DNA of 55,568 nt, from positions 1 to 55,568 of IMG/VR virus record IMGVR_UViG_3300029319_000063; one strand, given 5' to 3'. This document shows, piece after piece, positions 50,665 to 55,568 of the stretch (position 1 is its first letter; each line of letters opens with the position of its first letter). Both the position numbers and the translations under genes were made by a program. The notes beneath the pieces were generated by a model. That model worked only from the letters and a program-made list of their open reading frames with translations, searched no databases and was not told the origin of the DNA. The stretch is from a virus (lineage: Duplodnaviria > Caudoviricetes).

Positions 50665-51098
50665 TATTCAGTTCCTTTTTTAATATTTACTAATTTTACT
50701 TTAGTATTTTGCTCATTTGTTTCATTTCTACTAACAGGATTTCTACCAATATAAGCGTGTCCTTTTGAAACTAATAACCCACCTTGTCCACCTGTTTTAT
50801 TCAAATTAATTTTTGGTATACTGACACCACCTTTTGTACCTATTAAGGGTGCTGGAGCTCCAGAAGGTGTGATATAGTTTACACTAACATTAACATCAGC
50901 TGGTAAAAAAGTTTGGGTTTTAAGTTCTTCAACTTCCAATATAGCTTTCATTTCAGTTATAGTAAACTCTTGTGATTGTATAAACTTTATGATAGCGTCA
51001 GCTTGAAGTTTTGCTATTTTAGGACAATTACCTGCATCTTCAGCTTTAGGTCCTAATCCCTCTACACAAGCTTTTTCTAAATCCATTCTCAAACCCAT
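50664..51098 (-). CDS. Hypothetical protein in baseplate operon
   Basis: 144-aa ORF translationally coupled to both neighbours. Confidence 0.6.
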   Translation of the reverse strand: MGLRMDLEKACVEGLGPKAEDAGNCPKIAKLQADAIIKFIQSQEFTITEMKAILEVEELKTQTFLPADVNVSVNYITPSGAPAPLIGTKGGVSIPKINLNKTGGQGGLLVSKGHAYIGRNPVSRNETNEQNTKVKLVNIKKGTE

Positions 51099-51544
51099 TA
51101 CATTGGCCTTTTTTCTTTTGCTTTTTCATCCATAGCTTTTAATACTTTACTATAATCTTTTGTAAATATGTTTTTAACATTATCAGGAACACTGTTTGGA
51201 TTAGCTCCCATCGATGCTATCATTTCATCTGGATTTACACCTTGTTTACCATTCATCAAATTACCATATTGATTTTTTAGAACATTACTCATATCATTAC
51301 TTGTATATGTTCCACCACTCATTGTTTTCCATTCATCATCCATGGCAGTTTCATTTAATACATCATTTAATATAGAATTTTTTGTAAATTCTTTTTTCTC
51401 AACTATTTTATTTTTTGATTTTGGTTGAGAAACTTTTTGTTGTGTAGGTTGTTTTAATTCTGTTATTACTTCATGAATTGCCATCGCAACTTCTTCTCTA
51501 ACGATTTGTCTGATTATAGTTTTTATATTTTTTTTCTTTTTCAT
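51098..51544 (-). CDS. Hypothetical phage protein
   Basis: 148 aa, IRQIVREEV, SILNDVLNETA, KDYSKVLKAMD; SD GAGG. Confidence 0.65.
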   Translation of the reverse strand: MKKKKNIKTIIRQIVREEVAMAIHEVITELKQPTQQKVSQPKSKNKIVEKKEFTKNSILNDVLNETAMDDEWKTMSGGTYTSNDMSNVLKNQYGNLMNGKQGVNPDEMIASMGANPNSVPDNVKNIFTKDYSKVLKAMDEKAKEKRPM

Positions 51545-51553
51545 GTTTAACCT

Positions 51554-52900
51554 CTATTGTTGTTCTTCTTCATTACTTTCAATGAAATGATTATTACTTA
51601 AAAATTCTGGTTTTTTTAATTTTCTAATTAAACTTGCCCATTGACTAGCTAGTGGTTTGTTAGTTGAATCCACTAAAGGTAATGGAGCTCCTTGACATAA
51701 TCCATGTGCTGTTTGTAAAACTTCTAAAACTTCAGTTAAAAATAATTTTAATTGATTTCCCAATACTAAATTTTCAACTTCTGAACCTTCATCAAATTTT
51801 TGTTTTGCTTTTTTACCAATAAAAAAATTAGATGATTCAATTGTAGTTGAGTTTTCAGAAATTAATTCTATAGAATTTGCTGAACCAAATATAATATTAT
51901 CAAAAGATGATAAAAACATACTTTGTTTTTTTGAATTTATTGTTATCTTATCTGATGATAAAAACAATTGTGGATTATCATACTCATAATTATAAATATT
52001 ACTATCTATAAATCTCGTATTACCTTCTTTAGAATTACTAGCTAGAACAAATTTTTTCTCTACTACCTTAGATTCTCCTGAAGAATCATCCAACTCACCA
52101 TCAAATTGAAAATGATCCCATATAGAACCTTTGGTTGTCATTGATAATATAGTATTATCATTTAAAGATTCAAACTTGTTAAATTTAGATCTACCATTTG
52201 ATATCATAAATATAGGATTTTGATCTCTACTACCTAATCTAATACTATTCCCATGTCTACCCTCAATCATCATATCACCATGAATATCTCTATATGCCGG
52301 TTTATCATTTCTCGGATTATCTAATTTTTCTACATAAGGTTTTTGTAATCTTTTATAATCAGATTTTATAAAATTTGGTGATTCACCTTTATTTTCTGCA
52401 ATACTTTTTTTTGTAAATTTTCCAGATTGATCAAAAAAACCTTCAATTGGATTACCATCAGCATCATATTGTTGTGATTTAGACCCTACAATTTTACCAT
52501 TTATTGTTGGTATAGAATCGATTAATCCAAAAGGATCTGTATTATGATTTGGAGAATTTTGAGTATTTAGTGGTCCTAAATAAAAATTTTGTCCTGCAAA
52601 AGAACACAATAGTACAGGATCTCCTACAGCTGGAACATCAACCATACCCCTCATCAATGGAAAATATCTTTTATCAGAACCAAATGTTCTATAAGCGGTT
52701 TGATTATCCTTAATATGTGATTTAGCTATAATACTATTTTGGTGATTATCGTTTTGCCAAGCCTTTGATTGTTGACTTGTAGCTACATCAGTTACTTGTC
52801 CAGGTACAAATTGTAAATATACATCACCTCTTTGACTTGTTCCGAATCCAGCTTTTCCTGTTTTCCTCGATGTATTAGATTTTATAAATGTTGAACTCAT
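51554..52900 (-). CDS. Baseplate hub/spike-associated protein, gp5/gpV-like
   Basis: OB-fold-like P.VGDPV..FYLGP, GDMMIEGRHGNSIRLGS, C-terminal LVLGNQL; close to the gp25 and gp6 genes. Confidence 0.6.
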   Translation of the reverse strand: MSSTFIKSNTSRKTGKAGFGTSQRGDVYLQFVPGQVTDVATSQQSKAWQNDNHQNSIIAKSHIKDNQTAYRTFGSDKRYFPLMRGMVDVPAVGDPVLLCSFAGQNFYLGPLNTQNSPNHNTDPFGLIDSIPTINGKIVGSKSQQYDADGNPIEGFFDQSGKFTKKSIAENKGESPNFIKSDYKRLQKPYVEKLDNPRNDKPAYRDIHGDMMIEGRHGNSIRLGSRDQNPIFMISNGRSKFNKFESLNDNTILSMTTKGSIWDHFQFDGELDDSSGESKVVEKKFVLASNSKEGNTRFIDSNIYNYEYDNPQLFLSSDKITINSKKQSMFLSSFDNIIFGSANSIELISENSTTIESSNFFIGKKAKQKFDEGSEVENLVLGNQLKLFLTEVLEVLQTAHGLCQGAPLPLVDSTNKPLASQWASLIRKLKKPEFLSNNHFIESNEEEQQ

Positions 52901-52903
52901 TTA

Positions 52904-53302
52904 TTAATTCCCTATCGTAGATTTTGTTTTTTGTTTTAAAATAGTAATTTCATCACTCTTTTTTTGTATATCATTCACATCTTCTTGAAGTGCATTTATT
53001 AAATCTTCTTTTTCTGCATCTGTTAATAACATAGATTCTTCATCTCCTGATGATGATTTTGCTAATATCCTTTGATACACACTAGCTAATTTAACTAAAT
53101 GTTCATCATTTTTAATAGCAACATCAAATAATTCTTTTATTAATGGAGCTACCATGACAGCGTCATCAAGTGTTTGAATCATCCCATGTATTTCTTGAAT
53201 TAACAAATCTAATTGAAGTTTTTTATTCTTCTGATTATCATATATGTCTTTTGTTAAATCTTGAAAAGTTTTACCTTCAAATATTTCATCTTTAGATTTC
53301 AT
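52904..53302 (-). CDS. Hypothetical helical phage protein
   Basis: 132 aa, first gene after the candidate late promoter; SD GAGG. Confidence 0.65.
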   Translation of the reverse strand: MKSKDEIFEGKTFQDLTKDIYDNQKNKKLQLDLLIQEIHGMIQTLDDAVMVAPLIKELFDVAIKNDEHLVKLASVYQRILAKSSSGDEESMLLTDAEKEDLINALQEDVNDIQKKSDEITILKQKTKSTIGN

Positions 53303-53332
53303 AATTTTCCTCTTACTATTAAATAGTATTAT

Positions 53333-53346
53333 TCATATATAAATAT
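53333..53346 (-). promoter_or_regulatory. Candidate late promoter ATATTTATATATGA
   Basis: Exact 14-mer between the terminator and the start of the structural operon. Confidence 0.7.
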
Positions 53347-53372
53347 AAAATTTGTAAAAATATAAGCAGAAT

Positions 53373-53403
53373 AAAAAAACCTGTTTGAATAAACAGGCTT
53401 TTT
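53373..53403 (-). terminator. Intrinsic terminator, potentially bidirectional
   Basis: Minus strand CCTGTTT-attc-AAACAGG followed by T7; a T-run also follows the stem on the plus strand. Confidence 0.8.
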
Positions 53404-53429
53404 ATAACAATTAATCTAATTAATATTAT

Positions 53430-54161
53430 CTAAAAAAATACACTTTTAACACTACCACTAATATTAGATGATATCTGGCCATGTTTTGCATAGTAATTAT
53501 TGATTTTTCTGTAATGAGTTTTCATAGTATTTAAAACAGAAGTTATATGATTAGTATTAACATTCGTCATTTCTCTGATTAATATATACAAAGATTTTTT
53601 ATTAAAGTTTTCTATCTCATCTCTTTTTTTCAATAATTCAACTATTGAAAATGCAATATCTATATCTCTTTTTTTCTTAAACATTGTTGGTATAGTACCT
53701 TCAAAATAAGTTACAAGTTGATTCATGAAATCTACATAATCTTCTTCAACTGGTTGAGTAACAAAACTTTTATATTTCGATGACATAGTTTTATCAATTT
53801 TAACATGTGATTTTAACTTTTTGTAATTATTATTGTTATGTAAAATTAAATAATTTTTTGCAACAATTGAAAAATAACTAAAAGCTTTAGAACCTTTTGT
53901 ATGGTCATATTTGTGAATGTTCATTACCATGAAAGCCACTACCTCATGTTTAACATCTTCAAAACCATAATCAAAGTAAGTAAACTTAAAGGTGTTAATT
54001 ATATTTTCAGCTAACTTATCAAAAGCTTTATGTATCCTTTCTTGATATATCTTATTTCTCATAGATACATCTTTAGTTTGATCTAACGAATTGTATTCTA
54101 TAATAGCATTTTGTACATTTTCATCGAAATACATTCTTTTTTTACTTTTTGGTCTTGGCAT
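53430..54161 (-). CDS. Phage sigma-like factor, T4 gp55-like late transcription sigma
   Basis: YF...AI.EY, KLAENII..F..Y, HKYD..KGSKAFSYFSIVAKNYL resemble sigma region 2 of gp55-like proteins. Confidence 0.65.
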   Translation of the reverse strand: MPRPKSKKRMYFDENVQNAIIEYNSLDQTKDVSMRNKIYQERIHKAFDKLAENIINTFKFTYFDYGFEDVKHEVVAFMVMNIHKYDHTKGSKAFSYFSIVAKNYLILHNNNNYKKLKSHVKIDKTMSSKYKSFVTQPVEEDYVDFMNQLVTYFEGTIPTMFKKKRDIDIAFSIVELLKKRDEIENFNKKSLYILIREMTNVNTNHITSVLNTMKTHYRKINNYYAKHGQISSNISGSVKSVFF

Positions 54162-54423
54162 CTTCTATCTCCTCTGTTTCAAATAAATTATCTAAAATGT
54201 TCTGTATTTTTTTTATCTCTTCAAAGAAAAACCCTACCTCATCATCCGATTCAAAATGTCCTGAAGAATCAATTTGCTTCATTTTTTCTGTTGAAAAATC
54301 TATTAAACTTTGTATTCGTATTAAATATATTTCATATTGATTTAATCTTTTCATAGCATAATATAAAGTTATACTTGAAAATATTGATATCAATAAAAAT
54401 AATATAAACAATGTCCACCACAT
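54142..54423 (-). CDS. Small N-terminally membrane-anchored protein
   Basis: Hydrophobic MWWTLFILFLLISIFSSITLYY; FESDDEVGFFF; SD AGGAG. Confidence 0.65.
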   Translation of the reverse strand: MWWTLFILFLLISIFSSITLYYAMKRLNQYEIYLIRIQSLIDFSTEKMKQIDSSGHFESDDEVGFFFEEIKKIQNILDNLFETEEIEDAKTKK

Positions 54424-54431
54424 ATTATCTC

Positions 54432-55154
54432 CTAATTAAAAAGCTCATCAAACTTAGCTTTCATATTTTTAATTTCTTTATCAGTTGTTTTTCTTTGTTT
54501 AACAGCCTCATCTGAATGTTCTTCCTCACCTTGTAACCAAGTTTGTTTTTCACATATAGTTGATAACCAATCACCGAAGTGAACTATTGAACCAAGAACA
54601 TGTCTTGTATCTACGTAAGACCTAAAATAAGTTTCAGCTGCTGGGTCGAATAAACCATCAGCACATAAGATAGCTTTATAAACATGTGGGTTAACATCAA
54701 TATGATATTTAGCCAGTAACCATAAAGCTCTATCATGAACTGTCATATAATCCAAATCTTTATTGTGAGTATACCACTCATTTAATTTTTTTCTTCTCCA
54801 CTCATCAGATTGAAATTTATAATATGGTTGTGTTCCATCACCAAGTTTTCCTAAGTCATGAAACATAGCTGCCATCACAACATCACAATCTGGATGAATT
54901 ACTTTCACACCATTTGATTCATATTGTCTTTTAATCATAAGTGAATTTTTAATCACATGTAACACATGGTCAAGATAACCACCTTTAAAACAATTATGAT
55001 AATTTGGACGACCTGACGCAGGTGCTGTTTTATATTCATCTTCAAAGTCACTATGTAACTTTAAGATATTTTCTTTTTGTTCACCTTCGAAATGTTCGTC
55101 AATAATTGACATTAATTCTTTCCAGTTATTATCCATCTGTTCTTGATTTATCAT
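54432..55154 (-). CDS. HD-domain phosphohydrolase, YhaM-like
   Basis: APAS...H.CF.GGYLDH, FHDLGK, HFGD. Confidence 0.85.
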   Translation of the reverse strand: MINQEQMDNNWKELMSIIDEHFEGEQKENILKLHSDFEDEYKTAPASGRPNYHNCFKGGYLDHVLHVIKNSLMIKRQYESNGVKVIHPDCDVVMAAMFHDLGKLGDGTQPYYKFQSDEWRRKKLNEWYTHNKDLDYMTVHDRALWLLAKYHIDVNPHVYKAILCADGLFDPAAETYFRSYVDTRHVLGSIVHFGDWLSTICEKQTWLQGEEEHSDEAVKQRKTTDKEIKNMKAKFDELFN

Positions 55155-55568
55155 CTTCCAACTTCTCCTAAATAATTTTGTTTTGCTTCTTCATAAGTTA
55201 AACCAAATAACTTATCCCAAAAATGTAATTCTGATATTACTTTGTTATCAGATTTTAGTTTATTAAATCTTTTTTCTGCCTTTGGTTTCCACCATTCAGA
55301 TATTAAATTATTATAATATACGAAATCCTGCCGTAAAAGCAAAGAACTTTTTTTAATTTTTCCACATAAAAATTCTCGTGTATTGTCATAGAATGAACAA
55401 AAGTAAATTCCTCGTTGCATTCCACTAACATAATCAGCCGGTTTCATACCACATTCTCTGTATATCTTTGTATCCAAATTAGATCTAACTTTTCGTTTCT
55501 CACCAAAGTATTCTTCCCAAACTCTAACCATATCTTTTGGTAATTTAATCGGCATTTTACCAGTTGTC
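55151..55568 (-). CDS. 5'-partial phage protein, probably the C-terminal part of a DUF4338/Mom-like protein
   Basis: Frame stays open to the window end (TTGK before MPIKLP), so the ORF-track ATG is probably internal; RGIYF..FYDNT.EFL, WWKPKA..R. Confidence 0.45.
   Translation of the reverse strand, partial: TTGKMPIKLPKDMVRVWEEYFGEKRKVRSNLDTKIYRECGMKPADYVSGMQRGIYFCSFYDNTREFLCGKIKKSSLLLRQDFVYYNNLISEWWKPKAEKRFNKLKSDNKVISELHFWDKLFGLTYEEAKQNYLGEVGR

Noticed and set aside
47967-52900. Bacterial contractile injection system or T6SS locus
   Set aside because: Linked primase, RuvC, recombination nuclease and phage-type sigma indicate a phage genome.
6724-53346. ATG within the late-promoter motif as a leaderless start
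   Set aside because: In all four copies the ATG is out of frame with the downstream gene or closes quickly, giving only short ORFs of about 5-35 codons.
8250-54356. Other short plus-strand ORFs and nested alternative-frame minus ORFs (e.g. 19478, 37312, 44386, 48005)
   Set aside because: They lie within or across long, well-supported genes and have no recognisable motifs.
6764-55154. Alternative genetic code, introns or inteins
   Set aside because: Genes are full-length and tightly packed under the standard code, with TAA, TAG and TGA all used as stops; no intein or homing-endonuclease motifs seen.
1-55568. tRNA, rRNA or structured ncRNA genes
   Set aside because: Intergenic gaps are at most ~130 nt and extremely AT-rich, with no cloverleaf or conserved RNA motifs apart from one terminator.

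Overview
AT-rich segment of a large tailed phage genome, probably a contractile-tail (myovirus-like) phage. All credible genes are on the minus strand and most are translationally coupled. Reading in the direction of transcription (55568 to 1): a DUF4338/Mom-like fragment, HD hydrolase and gp55-like sigma factor; a baseplate/structural block (gp5-, gp25- and gp6-like, DNRLRE, LamG, wedge); very large Cys-rich, Ca-binding-motif, dockerin- and lamin-tail-containing proteins; RuvC; then UvsE, primase, a Mom/DUF4338-like protein, cytidylyltransferase, eukaryotic-type phosphomannomutase and an Mre11-Rad50 fusion; and finally a >2230-aa tail-fibre-like gene that runs off the window edge and is absent from the ORF track. 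Main observations: (1) the fibre gene is built from unrelated modules joined by a junction conserved at nucleotide level; (2) structural genes carry dockerin and Cys-rich modules resembling bacterial surface proteins; (3) two tandem paralogues share one scaffold but carry different cargo, including a Zn-hydrolase-like domain; (4) a 14-bp candidate late promoter sits before four structural gene starts; (5) [S/T]-x-S tripeptides are concentrated in structural proteins; (6) GATC is patchily depleted. All family assignments are from motif recognition by eye, not database searches.
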